This document shows positions 1 through 9,066 of a stretch of DNA of 64,000 nucleotides, piece after piece. Source of the DNA: Acidimicrobiia bacterium (lineage in GTDB: Bacteria > Actinomycetota > Acidimicrobiia > IMCC26256 > PALSA-555); assembly GCA_051986275.1 (NCBI GenBank), contig JBPYDT010000017.1, positions 21,621-85,620 of the forward strand, in the 5' to 3' direction. A program made the position numbers and the translations under genes. Every line of letters begins with the position of its first letter. The stretch's first letter is position 1. Below the pieces are notes generated by a model. It did no database searches, was not told the origin of the DNA, and was given only the letters and a program-made list of their open reading frames with translations.

Positions 1-649
1 GCCGCACCATCCACGCCTCGGCGTGCTCGTCGCCGAACATCCGTCCCTCGGTCATCTCGCTCCGGAACCACCCGGGTGCCAGCGCGTTCACCCGTACACC
101 GCGTCGCGCCCACTGGGCCGCGAGCTCGCGGGTGAGGCTGACGAGCCCGCCCTTCGACGCGGCGTAGCCCGCGTCCGGGATCTGGCCGACGCCCACGAGC
201 CCCCAGATCGACACGATGTTCACGATCGAGCCCTGCCCGTCGGCGTCGACGATCGCGCGCGCCGTCAGGCGAGCAAGCTCGAAGGGCGCCACGAGGTTCA
301 CGTTGAGCTCCCGCTGGAACGCGCCGTCGGGCTGCTCGAGCGCCGCCTCGGTGTGATCGACCCCGGCGTTGTTCACCAGGACGTCGATGCGGCCGTGGTC
401 GTGCAGCGTCGTCGCGACGAGCTCGGCCGGCGCGTCGGGCGCGGCGAGATCACAGCGCACCGGGTGCCCGTCTCGGAGCTCGCGTGCCAGCGTCTCCAGC
501 CGGTCAGTGCGCCGGGCGGCGAGCACCACCGTGGCGCCGGCCGCGTCCAGCACCCGCGCGAACCGGCGACCCAGACCCGAGCTCGCTCCCGTGACGATCG
601 CCACGCGGCCGTCGAGGCGGAACGCCGCCTGGGGGTCGACGACGCTCAC
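1..649 (-). CDS. short-chain dehydrogenase/reductase (SDR), C-terminus cut by window edge
   Basis: Own reverse-strand translation from GTG at 649 gives VSVVDPQAAFRLDGRVAIVTGASSGLGRRFA...VLVNNAGV...GYAASKGGLVSLTRELA. It has the TGxxxGxG, NNAG and YxxxK SDR motifs. It is open-ended, so it is absent from the ORF track. The + strand ORF 23..859 is its antisense shadow. Confidence 0.85.
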   Translation of the reverse strand, partial: MSVVDPQAAFRLDGRVAIVTGASSGLGRRFARVLDAAGATVVLAARRTDRLETLARELRDGHPVRCDLAAPDAPAELVATTLHDHGRIDVLVNNAGVDHTEAALEQPDGAFQRELNVNLVAPFELARLTARAIVDADGQGSIVNIVSIWGLVGVGQIPDAGYAASKGGLVSLTRELAAQWARRGVRVNALAPGWFRSEMTEGRMFGDEHAEAWMVR

Positions 650-686
650 CGTGCGTCCTGCTGGGGGTCGGGCACGCCCGGCGAGG

Positions 687-1931
687 CTATGCGCGCTCGT
701 CCCGCGCGGTCCGCGGGACCGCCCGACGACGGGCCGCGACGACGAGGCCCCACACCAGGACCAGCACCCCGTACAGCGCGAGCGGCGCGCTGGCCGCCAC
801 GCCGAAGGCAGCGACGGCGATCCCCGCCGCGATGGCGAAGTCTCGCATCGACGTGCTGAGCAGCACCGCCGTCGCGACGGGCGGCGCCGCCCGCCACCCC
901 AGCAGGCCGCCGACCGCGGCACTGCCCGCGAGGAACAGCACAAGCGCGGCCGTCACCCCGAAGTAAGCGCTCGAGAGTCGCACCTGCGACGCCACGAGCC
1001 ACACGAGCACGGTGACGAGCGCCAGCGAGACGCGTGTGAGCCGTTCTTCAGCGCGGGCGACGGCGTCGACGCGGGCTCGCAGGATCAGTCCGATCAGGAG
1101 CGGTGCGCCCACGATGAGCGCCAGGTGGCCGAGGAGGCCTGCGGCGTCGAGGTGAGCCGTCCCACTCAGCGCGCGCAGCGCGATCCCCGCGCCGCCGATG
1201 GTCACCAGCGTGCTCGCGACCAGCAGGGCGGCGGCGGCGCCTGCCTCCCCGCCCGCCAAGGAGGTCGCCGCGACGGAGGCGATCTCGGCCGGTGCCACGC
1301 CGACCACGGTGACGCCTCGCCGGAGGCTCGTCGCGGTCACCAGACGGGCGACGGCCCAGGACAGCGCGGGCAGCACCACCGTGCTCGTGGCGAGGGCGGC
1401 GAGCAGCCGTCGCGAGCGCTGACGCAGCGCAACCACCCGGGACACGGGGATCGTGAGCGCGGTGACGAGCACCAGCGCGGCCAGGCAGGCGTCGAGTCCT
1501 CGGTGGTCGAGCACGACGCGGGCCGGCTCGGGTACCGCCAGGCTGAAGGCCGCGACGACCACGACGAGCACGACCTCTTCGGCGGCGCGGGCCGCACGAG
1601 TGGCGACGACACCGATGGCCAGCGCGACCACGCCGAGCAGCACCGTCGCGACGACGTCGTTGCCGTTGGCGATGGTCAGCGAGTGGTACGGGCGGGTGTG
1701 GAAGTAGTCGTACGCAAGCGCAGCCGAGCCCGAGGCGACAACGACGCCCCCGACCCGGCCACCGAGCGCGATCACGAGCACGGCCGCCATGAGCAGCAGG
1801 GCCACGTCGCCGTTCGAAGCCGAACCCCGCGCGAGCTCGAGGAGCGCGGCAGCGCTGGCCGGCAGCGCGGCCGCCACCACGAGCCACGCAACGCGCCGCA
1901 CATCCCACCCGCTGCGCCAGGACGTGATCAC
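687..1931 (-). CDS. polytopic membrane protein: N-terminal DUF4118 module fused to a BASS/ACR3-like transporter body
   Basis: 414-aa ORF with a GTG start. The N-terminal ~115 aa (GGRVGGVVVASGSAALAYDYFHTRPYHSLTIANGNDVVATVLLGVVALAIGVV) matches the KdpD-type DUF4118 membrane module by eye. The rest is multi-TM with bile-acid/Na+ symporter-like segments (ALVLVTALTIPVSR..., STSMRDFAIAAGIA). Confidence 0.7.
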   Translation of the reverse strand: MITSWRSGWDVRRVAWLVVAAALPASAAALLELARGSASNGDVALLLMAAVLVIALGGRVGGVVVASGSAALAYDYFHTRPYHSLTIANGNDVVATVLLGVVALAIGVVATRAARAAEEVVLVVVVAAFSLAVPEPARVVLDHRGLDACLAALVLVTALTIPVSRVVALRQRSRRLLAALATSTVVLPALSWAVARLVTATSLRRGVTVVGVAPAEIASVAATSLAGGEAGAAAALLVASTLVTIGGAGIALRALSGTAHLDAAGLLGHLALIVGAPLLIGLILRARVDAVARAEERLTRVSLALVTVLVWLVASQVRLSSAYFGVTAALVLFLAGSAAVGGLLGWRAAPPVATAVLLSTSMRDFAIAAGIAVAAFGVAASAPLALYGVLVLVWGLVVAARRRAVPRTARDERA

Positions 1932-2232
1932 GCGACCGATTCGAGGCGTCCGGCGTGGTTCGGCATCAGAGGTCGTCCCTGGATCAGCTGACGCGTCGCA
2001 TCACTGCGTCGTACGCGGAGCCGGGCGGGCCCGGTTGCCCTATCTCGACATGGTCCACGCGCATCGCGCCCGTCAGCTGCAGGACGTTTTCGCTCCGGAT
2101 CGGGACGACCCGGCTGGTCCCGCGGATGTTGTGAGCGACTCCGTGCTCATGGTCATCCTCCAAATCGATGTCCACAAATCTCGCGCTTCGCGGCGGGTCG
2201 CCGCGCTGGACGATGGCTACCCTGGCGCTGCC

Positions 2233-2306
2233 GCCCCCGTAGCTCAGCCGGATAGAGCAAGTCACTTCTAATGACGAGGTCGCAGGTTCGAATCCTGCCG
2301 GGGGCG
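2233..2306 (+). tRNA. tRNA-Arg (anticodon TCT)
   Basis: Hand-folded cloverleaf. Acceptor GCCCCCG/CGGGGGC, D arm GCTC..GAGC, anticodon loop CTTCTAA, T arm GCAGG TTCGAAT CCTGC. No encoded CCA. Confidence 0.9.
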
Positions 2307-2484
2307 CGAAGGAATGCCCTGATCGAATCTCGGGCGATCGACGTGACCTCGCGCTCCCCGATGAGACGGTGGCGGTTCCCCGGCGGCTGCGCCCGGTCGT
2401 CGTTGGCCGGACCGCGGAACTCGAGACGCTTCAGCAGGCTGGCGGGTCAGCCAACCTGACTCTCACCGCCGCCCAGCGTTGAGG

Positions 2485-2964
2485 TCAGCAGGCCCCGTAG
2501 GGGTCGAGAGGTCCGGGTTGCTTGCCGTACAGGATCCAGCTGTTCGCCGCTTCGTTCATGTAGGCGGCGGGGCAAGGGTCTGCGATCGCGATCACCATCT
2601 GGCCAGGACAGAAGCCCGCGCGATAGGCGCAGGTCATGGCTTCGTGACCGAACGCGTTCCCAGGACACTCAAGCGTGAACGCGGGGTTGGCGTGCACCCG
2701 CAAATAGGTGAGCGCGGCGTCGCACCCCGATTGCGGTTGAGGCGGCGGTGGTGGCGGTGGAGGTGCGGTGGTCGTTGTCGTCGGCGGCGCGGTCGTCGCC
2801 GTCGTGGCCACGGTGTGCGCTGCTGGCCCGGTGGCAGGCCGATCGTTCCTCGCCAGCGCGAGCGGTTCTCGAGTCAGGAGCATGCCTGATCCGGCTGCGC
2901 TCATGAGCGCCACGCCGAGGACCACGGTCGCTGCGATCGCCGAAAGCCGTAAGAACGTGAGCAC
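2485..2964 (-). CDS. secreted/anchored hypothetical protein with Pro/Thr linker and 6-Cys C-terminal domain
   Basis: 159-aa ORF. It has an N-terminal hydrophobic signal/anchor (LSAIAATVVLGVALMSAAG) and a TTATTAPPTTTTTAPPPPPPPPQPQ linker. The ~80-aa C-terminal domain has six Cys. I recognise no family. Confidence 0.55.
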   Translation of the reverse strand: MLTFLRLSAIAATVVLGVALMSAAGSGMLLTREPLALARNDRPATGPAAHTVATTATTAPPTTTTTAPPPPPPPPQPQSGCDAALTYLRVHANPAFTLECPGNAFGHEAMTCAYRAGFCPGQMVIAIADPCPAAYMNEAANSWILYGKQPGPLDPYGAC

Positions 2965-3081
2965 GCACCGAGGGATCGGCGGCTGCGTGCGACGCCTTGA
3001 GGCCTACGGCGCGCGCGTTTGGTGCTGTCCTCTCTTCGAGACATCTTTCGGCCTCCGCACGAGCGCCTATGGCCCTGGCGG

Positions 3082-3918
3082 TTATTCGTGAAGCGCCGAC
3101 GAAGTCCGTCGTTCGTCCGTAGGACGTCGCCCGACGGCCGTGAACAGGGGGATGAACAGGGTTGGCCGGTCGGGCCGTGCGTCAGTGCGTTCGAACGCGG
3201 CGCCCCAGCGGGTGACGTCGTCTTCGCTCGCGACCCCAGCCCGCACCATTGCGTCGCGCGCGGCCCACGACGGTGGGCGTACCCCGGGCGGGCTTGCGAG
3301 GATCTGCCACTGAGCACGGAACTGGACGACCTCAAGACCGGCTCGCGACAACAGCTGGGCAAGGCGGAGACCGACTGACGGGTCATTGCCCATCCCTCGA
3401 TGGAAGCGAACGTACCGTTCGGGCAGATCTATGAGCTCAGGATCCACATCCAGGCCCCGGACCGCCGTCAGGTCGGTGTCGACCAAGAACACGCAACCTT
3501 GTGGGCGGACGAGGGTCGCGAGATGGTCGACGATCGCCTGCTCAGCACCGCCGTTGTGCGCCAACACTTGGCGCAGCATGGCGGCATCAACGCTTGAGCT
3601 CTCGAGGCCGGTGCTGGCAGCGTCGCCCGAGCGCAGCAGCACGTTGCGTACGCCAGCCTGCTCCACCATTTGGCGCGCTTGCCTGAGGGCCTGCGCTTGT
3701 TTCTCGACCGCGAGGACACGCCCGCTGGGTCCGACGACTTCAGCCAACTCGACCGAGATGGCCGCGGGGCCGCAGCCGATGTCAGCGACGGTCGCCCCCT
3801 CCACGATCCCGGCCAGCGTCCAATCAGCCGCTTCGAGCTCCCGGGCCCGCTTGGCCATCAGGCGGTACCGATTGACCTCGCCATCGCTCAGAGCCAGCAC
3901 GTACTCAGGCAACGTCAC
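3082..3918 (-). CDS. class I SAM-dependent methyltransferase
   Basis: 278-aa ORF with motif I VADIGCGPAAISVELA followed by RVLAVE (acidic loop). GTG start. Confidence 0.8.
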   Translation of the reverse strand: MTLPEYVLALSDGEVNRYRLMAKRARELEAADWTLAGIVEGATVADIGCGPAAISVELAEVVGPSGRVLAVEKQAQALRQARQMVEQAGVRNVLLRSGDAASTGLESSSVDAAMLRQVLAHNGGAEQAIVDHLATLVRPQGCVFLVDTDLTAVRGLDVDPELIDLPERYVRFHRGMGNDPSVGLRLAQLLSRAGLEVVQFRAQWQILASPPGVRPPSWAARDAMVRAGVASEDDVTRWGAAFERTDARPDRPTLFIPLFTAVGRRPTDERRTSSALHE

Positions 3919-4056
3919 CTACACGATCGTTGGGCACACGCAATCCCCATCGCTTCCAAGCTCGGTCATCGCTGGCCCTCTGTCGAACCCTCCGACGGAG
4001 CTCCGGCTCCGTTCTACGGGCTCCTGCGAAGGGAGACAACAGGTCGCTCCCGATGA

Positions 4057-5688
4057 TCAGCCGCGTCTACTGATCAGGTCGTGTTCAAAGGCGAACGCGG
4101 TCGCAGCGGCTCGTGACGTGACGCCGATCTTGTTGAAGATGTTGGTCAGGTGCCGAGACACGGTCTTTGCACTGAGGTGCAGCGCGGCGGCGATCTCCTT
4201 GTTCGACTGGCCCCTGGCGATGAGACACAGGACCTGGACCTCGCGCTCGGTCAAGCCCACGGGCCGGCGAGCTCGCGCGGTTGGATCGATGTCGGCAGCG
4301 TCGAGGCGGGCGCCGACCTGTTCGAACAGCGCCCGAGCTCGTGCAAACGACTCCTTGGCCGCAGCGTCGTGGCCCGCGTCGCCTTGCGCTTGGCCGAGGA
4401 GCGTGAGGGCGGTGGCGACCTCGTAGGGCACCTGCAGCTCCTCCCACTGCCGGACGGCCCGGTGCAGGGTCGCGCTCGCGTTGTTCGGATCTCCCTCGGC
4501 GAGCTGCAGCCGACCCCGGGCGAGCGCAGCGAGCGCATAGAGCATGGGCGCGTCGAACCTGCTGGCGATCCCCTCCAGTTCGCGCACTCCGGTGTCGGCT
4601 GCCGCCAGATCCGGTGCCGCCACCGCGATCTGCACGAACGCGGGGAGCAGGCGCGCGCGGCTCAGCCGATTCGGTGGCTCCTCGGCCAAGCAGCTGGTGA
4701 TGATGCGCCGGGCCTCCTCGCGACGGCCTTGGGCCAGTCGGAGGAGGGCAGAGGCAGCACAGGGTCGGCCGGCCAGCTCCTCCGCCCGGACGAACGCCTC
4801 CTCGGCGCGCTCCATCTCTCCCAGCCGACGGCGGATGTCGCCGACCTCCGCGTAGGCCGCGACCGCGTTGGGGAGGTGGCTGTCCGCCAGCTCGGCGCAG
4901 GCGCGGACCGCCTCCCGCTCGGCGTCCTCGAGCGCACCCTGACGGTCGAGCACCACCGCACGGTGGACGCGGCAGATACCCGGGAAGATGGCGAACGGAT
5001 GCTGGGCCGCCCATTTCGCGGTCGCGTCGGTCCACTCCGCCGCGCGGCGCAGGTCACCGAGTTCCTCGCAGGCCCCGATCAGGCTGCAGTACACCTTGCC
5101 GGCCGAGTACGGGCCGAGCCGACCCTCGACCGCCAGCAACATGGCTTCGTCGAGATGGCCGAGGCCGGCCCTGGGCTCGCCCGCGTCGATCAGGACGCGC
5201 CCGAGGGTCTGGAGCGCCTCGGCTTCGAGGTCCGCGGATGCAAGCTCGCGGCCGAGGGCGCGGGCGCGCTCGGCCAGCTCCTCCGCCTGGTCGAGCTGCC
5301 CACCGCCGTGGGCGGCCTCCGCCTCGCGCAGCAGCAGCGCACCGTACTCGATGCAGCCGGTGTCACCCTCGAGGGCTCGACGGGCGCGCTGCAGCCAGCC
5401 AGACGCCGCAGCCGGACGGGCCCGAAGACAGTTGTCCTGGTACAGCCAGACCGCGCACATGCCGGCTCGGCGGTGATCGCCGAGCGCTTCGAAGGCCGCG
5501 TGCGCTGCTTGGCGAGCGTCGATGCTCTCCTCGACTCGGCCCAGCCACCACAACGCGTCAGCCAGCAGGCAGAGGCGCTCCGCCTCGGCCACCGGCTCGT
5601 CAACCGACAGCTCGCGCGCCCGGTCATAGCAGGCTTGCCATTCGTGGCGGGACCATGCGTCACGCGCGCCACTGAGCGCGTCGATCAC
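4057..5688 (-). CDS. LuxR-family transcriptional regulator with TPR-like repeats
   Basis: 543-aa ORF. The C-terminal HTH is LTEREVQVLCLIARGQSNKEIAAALHLSAKTVSRHLTNIFNKIGV. The preceding ~450 aa are helical-repeat rich. I see no N-terminal Walker ATPase. Confidence 0.85.
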   Translation of the reverse strand: MIDALSGARDAWSRHEWQACYDRARELSVDEPVAEAERLCLLADALWWLGRVEESIDARQAAHAAFEALGDHRRAGMCAVWLYQDNCLRARPAAASGWLQRARRALEGDTGCIEYGALLLREAEAAHGGGQLDQAEELAERARALGRELASADLEAEALQTLGRVLIDAGEPRAGLGHLDEAMLLAVEGRLGPYSAGKVYCSLIGACEELGDLRRAAEWTDATAKWAAQHPFAIFPGICRVHRAVVLDRQGALEDAEREAVRACAELADSHLPNAVAAYAEVGDIRRRLGEMERAEEAFVRAEELAGRPCAASALLRLAQGRREEARRIITSCLAEEPPNRLSRARLLPAFVQIAVAAPDLAAADTGVRELEGIASRFDAPMLYALAALARGRLQLAEGDPNNASATLHRAVRQWEELQVPYEVATALTLLGQAQGDAGHDAAAKESFARARALFEQVGARLDAADIDPTARARRPVGLTEREVQVLCLIARGQSNKEIAAALHLSAKTVSRHLTNIFNKIGVTSRAAATAFAFEHDLISRRG

Positions 5689-5770
5689 CGCGAGCTTCGA
5701 CTCCCGGTCCGACCGCCGCCCGTGGTCATGTCCGCGAGGCTACTGACGGGCGGACCGACCCGAGCCGGTC

Positions 5771-6001
5771 CTACGCGACGGCGGGCTCACCGCGCAGAAG
5801 CTCCCTCACGCCTTCGGTCGTCACGGCCTGTCCGCCCATCGTCCACTGGCCGCTCGTCACGTCTTGGATCACGACCCACGTCACTGCTCGTGCGGGCTCA
5901 CCCACCGCGTCGGCAAACACATCGGTCACGCCTTTGGCGATCGCTTGCTTCTGCTCGGTGGTGAGCACACCCTCCATGACCTTGACATCGATGAGCGGCA
6001 T
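5771..6001 (-). CDS. 4-oxalocrotonate tautomerase family protein
   Basis: Trimmed to the internal ATG, giving MPLIDVKVMEGVLTTEQKQAIAKGVTDVFADAVG. Pro1 follows Met, as this family requires. A GAGGGA Shine-Dalgarno sequence lies just upstream. The track ORF extends to 6097. Confidence 0.8.
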   Translation of the reverse strand: MPLIDVKVMEGVLTTEQKQAIAKGVTDVFADAVGEPARAVTWVVIQDVTSGQWTMGGQAVTTEGVRELLRGEPAVA

Positions 6002-6351
6002 CGTCCCTCGCGATCTTGTTGCCCAGGACCGTCCTGGCCGAATGCCATCGTCCGCGAGACGCGTCGGCGGCGCATCGGACAAAGACCACATCTGCATCGG
6101 GTGGCGGGGGCAGCGGATGGGGTATTCGCCTCACCCGCTGCGACGGGAGCTGGGGCGTGTGTCCGATGCCAGCAGGACGGGCCGTGGCCCACGATGGCGA
6201 CGTGCGCCGATCCGACCGGGCGACGACAACCTCGGGCCGAGTTGCACAGCTCATCGAGCTGGGCCGCGACCGGGAGGCTGCCGAGCTCGCCGTTGCCCAC
6301 GACCGTGTGATCGACGATCCTCAATCCTGGTCGCAGGGACAAGGAGGACCC

Positions 6352-6891
6352 ATGGAGGTGCTCGACCAGCTCGACCAGCTCGGCCCGCTCCTCGTCGCGG
6401 TCGTGGGCGGGATCCGTCCTCGCCAGCTCGATAGCCCAACGCCCTGTGCCAACTTCACGGTCCGCGGGGTGCTCGAGCACATGATCGGCGGGGCGACGGT
6501 GTTCGCCGCAGCCTTCCGAGGCGCTGAGCCCGGGCAACCCGATATGACCGACGTCCTCGTCACGTTCCGGCCAACGTTGACATGTCTCGCCGAGGCCATG
6601 CACAGCCCCGGGGCGCTCGACCGCACCATCCAGGCACCGTTCGGCGAGGTGCCCGGCGCGACGTTCGCCCGTTTCGTCGTCCTCGACGGCGTGGTCCACG
6701 GGTGGGACCTGGCGGTCGCTACGGGTCAGGCCTACGAGCCACCCGACGCCCTCGTCGGGGAGAGCGACGCCTTCGCGCGCCAGGTCGTCGAGCCGTTGCG
6801 CGACGGCGACACGTTCGCCCAGGCAGTGGAGCCGCTTCCAACGGCGACGCCGATCGAACGCCTCGTCGCGTTCACCGGCCGGCGCCCCTGA
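6352..6891 (+). CDS. DinB-fold / TIGR03086-like (mycothiol-dependent maleylpyruvate-isomerase-type N-domain) protein
   Basis: ATG at 6352 preceded by AAGGAGGA. The motif SPTPCANFTVRGVLEHMIGG is typical of this family. The track ORF starts further upstream at 6016. Confidence 0.75.
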   Translation: MEVLDQLDQLGPLLVAVVGGIRPRQLDSPTPCANFTVRGVLEHMIGGATVFAAAFRGAEPGQPDMTDVLVTFRPTLTCLAEAMHSPGALDRTIQAPFGEVPGATFARFVVLDGVVHGWDLAVATGQAYEPPDALVGESDAFARQVVEPLRDGDTFAQAVEPLPTATPIERLVAFTGRRP

Positions 6892-6951
6892 GTCCGTCGA
6901 CGCTCGTCAGACCAGAGGCCGTCGGACGATTGCCAGGCGTTTCGGTGGTTG

Positions 6952-7025
6952 TACGCCCCCGGGGACTCGAACCCCGAACCTAGTGATTAAGAGTCACTTG
7001 CTCTAACCAGTTGAGCTAGGGGCGC
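6952..7025 (-). tRNA. tRNA-Lys (anticodon CTT)
   Basis: The reverse complement folds as GCGCCCC TA GCTC AACTGGTTA GAGC A AGTGA CTCTTAA TCACT AGGTT CGGGG TTCGAGT CCCCG GGGGCGT A. No encoded CCA. Confidence 0.9.
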
Positions 7026-7092
7026 TTCATCGTCATCGTAATCATCGACGACGGTTCGAGCCTCGCCGATCCGGGGCGTACCGTGCTCGTCC

Positions 7093-7998
7093 GTGGAGGT
7101 TCTCGTTGCCGGCGCGAGCGGCTTCATCGGCACGGCGTTGACTGCGTCGTTGCGCGCCGCGGGTCACCGCCCGATCGCCGCGATCCGCGGGCGGTCTGTG
7201 CCGGCTGGCGTCGACGGGATCGCATGGGATCCGGTCGTCGGACAGATCGACACGCACGCGCTCGAGGGCATCGGCGCTGTGGTGAACCTCGCGGGCGCGG
7301 GGATCGGCGACCGGCGATGGACGACCGCGCGCCAGCAGCTGATCGTCGACAGCCGGACACAGCCCACCAGGCTGCTCGCCTCGACCGTCACCCAGCTGAA
7401 GTCGCCGCCCCGCGTGTTCGTCTCGGGCTCAGCCGTCGGGTTCTACGGCGACCGCGGCGATTCGGAGCTCACCGAGGGCGCGGGTCCGGGGGACGACTTC
7501 ACCGCACGGCTCTGCGTGCGATGGGAGGCGGCGGCGAAGCCGGCCGCCGACGCCGGGATCGCCGTCAGCACGATCCGCACCGGGATCGTGCTCGACGCCG
7601 GCGGAGGAATGCTCCGCCGCATCATCGGGCCGTTCCGGCTCGGGCTCGGCGGGCGTGTGGGTTCCGGGCGTCAGTACCTCAGCTGGATCTCGATGACCGA
7701 TGAGACGCGAGCCATCCTCTATCTCCTCGATCACCCCGAGATCGCTGGGCCGGTGAACCTCACTGCGCCGAACCCAGTCACGAACGCAGACTTCACCGCG
7801 GCGCTCGGGCACCGGCTGCACCGGCCGACGCGCCTCCCGACGCCGCTCGCGCCTCTGCGCGTCCTCTACGGCTCGGAGCTGGTGCGCACGCTGCTCCTCG
7901 CGAGCCAGCGCGCGGTGCCCCAGGTGCTGACGGACGCCGGTTTTCGGTTCCAGCACCCAACGCTTGAGGCCGCCCTGGCGGCGGCCCTCGCGAGCTAG
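7093..7998 (+). CDS. TIGR01777/YfcH-type NAD-dependent epimerase family protein (with DUF1731 C-terminus)
   Basis: 301-aa ORF. It has the N-terminal Rossmann motif VLVAGASGFIGTAL and the C-terminal segment GSGRQYLSWISMTD...NLTAPNPVTNADF. Confidence 0.85.
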   Translation: MEVLVAGASGFIGTALTASLRAAGHRPIAAIRGRSVPAGVDGIAWDPVVGQIDTHALEGIGAVVNLAGAGIGDRRWTTARQQLIVDSRTQPTRLLASTVTQLKSPPRVFVSGSAVGFYGDRGDSELTEGAGPGDDFTARLCVRWEAAAKPAADAGIAVSTIRTGIVLDAGGGMLRRIIGPFRLGLGGRVGSGRQYLSWISMTDETRAILYLLDHPEIAGPVNLTAPNPVTNADFTAALGHRLHRPTRLPTPLAPLRVLYGSELVRTLLLASQRAVPQVLTDAGFRFQHPTLEAALAAALAS

Positions 7999-8009
7999 CG
8001 GGGCGATGC

Positions 8010-8771
8010 GTGCGGCTGTGGATCGACACTGACGTCGGCGACGACCCCGACGACGCGATCGCGTTGCTCTGCGCCGCGGCCAGCCCGACGCTCGACGTCG
8101 TGGGTGTCAGCACGGTCGACGGCGATCACGACCGCCGACGGACGCTCGCTTACGCGCTGATCGACGCCCCCGTGATCACGGGCGACGATCCCGACCTCGG
8201 CTCGGCCGTGCGCGACGTGGCGCCCGAGGCGTTCCTGGCGATCGGCCCGCTGACCAACGTGGCCGCGCTCAGCGAGGACGGGATCGAGCTTCCGCCGCTG
8301 ACCGTGATGGGCGGAGTCCTCGGTGCCGTCCGCCACTGGGGTCACCGGCTGGACGTCGAGCACAACTTCGGGCGCGACCCGGCTGCCGCTCGGCAAAGCC
8401 TTCACGCGTGCTTCCAACCGCTCGTCGTGCCCCTGAACGTCACGCTCCAGGCGCGGCTGTCGTCGGAGGAGCTCCGCCGACTCGTCGAGGCCGCCCCCGT
8501 CATCGGGCCAAACGTGGATGGCTTCCTCGAGCTCCAGGGCCAGGTCGGCGTCCCGGCCCAGGAACGCGCCGTGTTCCTGCACGATCCGCTCGCGCTCCTC
8601 TCGCTCGTCGAGCCGACCCTCTTTGACGTCGGCGAGCGCTGTGTGGACGTCGAGCCCGACGGCCAGCTCATCGAAACGGCCGAGGGTGCCCCGGCGCGGG
8701 TCGCGGTCGGGGTCGACGCGCGACGCGCCATCGAGCACGTCCTGACGCTCGTCGGCGCGGACCTGGGGTGA
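8010..8771 (+). CDS. nucleoside hydrolase (IU-NH family)
   Basis: 253-aa ORF starting VRLWIDTDVGDDPDDAIALL, which carries the DxDxxxDD fingerprint. Its last 8 nt overlap the 3' end of the convergent tRNA-His. Confidence 0.85.
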   Translation: MRLWIDTDVGDDPDDAIALLCAAASPTLDVVGVSTVDGDHDRRRTLAYALIDAPVITGDDPDLGSAVRDVAPEAFLAIGPLTNVAALSEDGIELPPLTVMGGVLGAVRHWGHRLDVEHNFGRDPAAARQSLHACFQPLVVPLNVTLQARLSSEELRRLVEAAPVIGPNVDGFLELQGQVGVPAQERAVFLHDPLALLSLVEPTLFDVGERCVDVEPDGQLIETAEGAPARVAVGVDARRAIEHVLTLVGADLG

Positions 8772-8841
8772 CCGAGGGGTTTCGAACCCCCGACCTCCGG
8801 GACCACAACCCGGCGCTCTAGCCAACTGAGCTACGGCCACC
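8764..8841 (-). tRNA. tRNA-His (anticodon GTG) with G-1 and encoded CCA
   Basis: The reverse complement folds as G(-1) GTGGCCG TA GCTCAGTTGGCTAGAGC G CCGGG TTGTGGT CCCGG AGGTC GGGGG TTCGAAA CCCCT CGGTCAC C CCA. The extra 5' G opposite C73 is the His identity element. Confidence 0.9.
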
Positions 8842-9066
8842 ATGGCGGCACCCGCCGCGCGTCCGATGGCGACGTCGCACGGGCCCGAGCTTCCCCGCTG
8901 CGCCGTCACCGTTGGTGCTGCGCGACGTGGGCGCAACAGCGTATCTCGGCGCAGCTCCACGAGCGCTCGGCTTCCCGGCGCGGCGCGGCCGGACAGTTCG
9001 GGGGACGTCGATCCGAATCGACCCCACTACCCTCGCCGCGATGCGAGTGCGTACGGCGCCGCGGCC

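Noticed and set aside
1984-2265. Two ORFs between the DUF4118 gene and tRNA-Arg. One is the 93-aa minus-strand ORF. The other is a 25-aa sORF (2073..2150, MSTESLTTSAGPAGSSRSGAKTSCS) preceded by GGAGGA, in a locally lower-GC patch.
   Set aside because: - The long ORF overlaps the tRNA gene.
- Neither translation shows a family signature.
- Third-position GC is below that of neighbouring genes in both frames.
- This cannot be supported without conservation or ribosome-profiling data.
2307-6951. The segment between tRNA-Arg and tRNA-Lys, considered as a possible genomic island.
   Set aside because: - There is no integrase, recombinase or transposase.
- There is no direct repeat of a tRNA 3' end.
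- Composition is not visibly different from the surroundings.
8842-9066. The track ORF start at 8842, giving an 75-aa N-terminal extension of the TMEM175-like protein that begins immediately at the tRNA-His boundary.
   Set aside because: - The extension is Arg/Ala/Pro-rich and would leave no promoter space.
- The family signature RLEAFSDGVF normally lies near the N-terminus, which favours the GTG at 9067.
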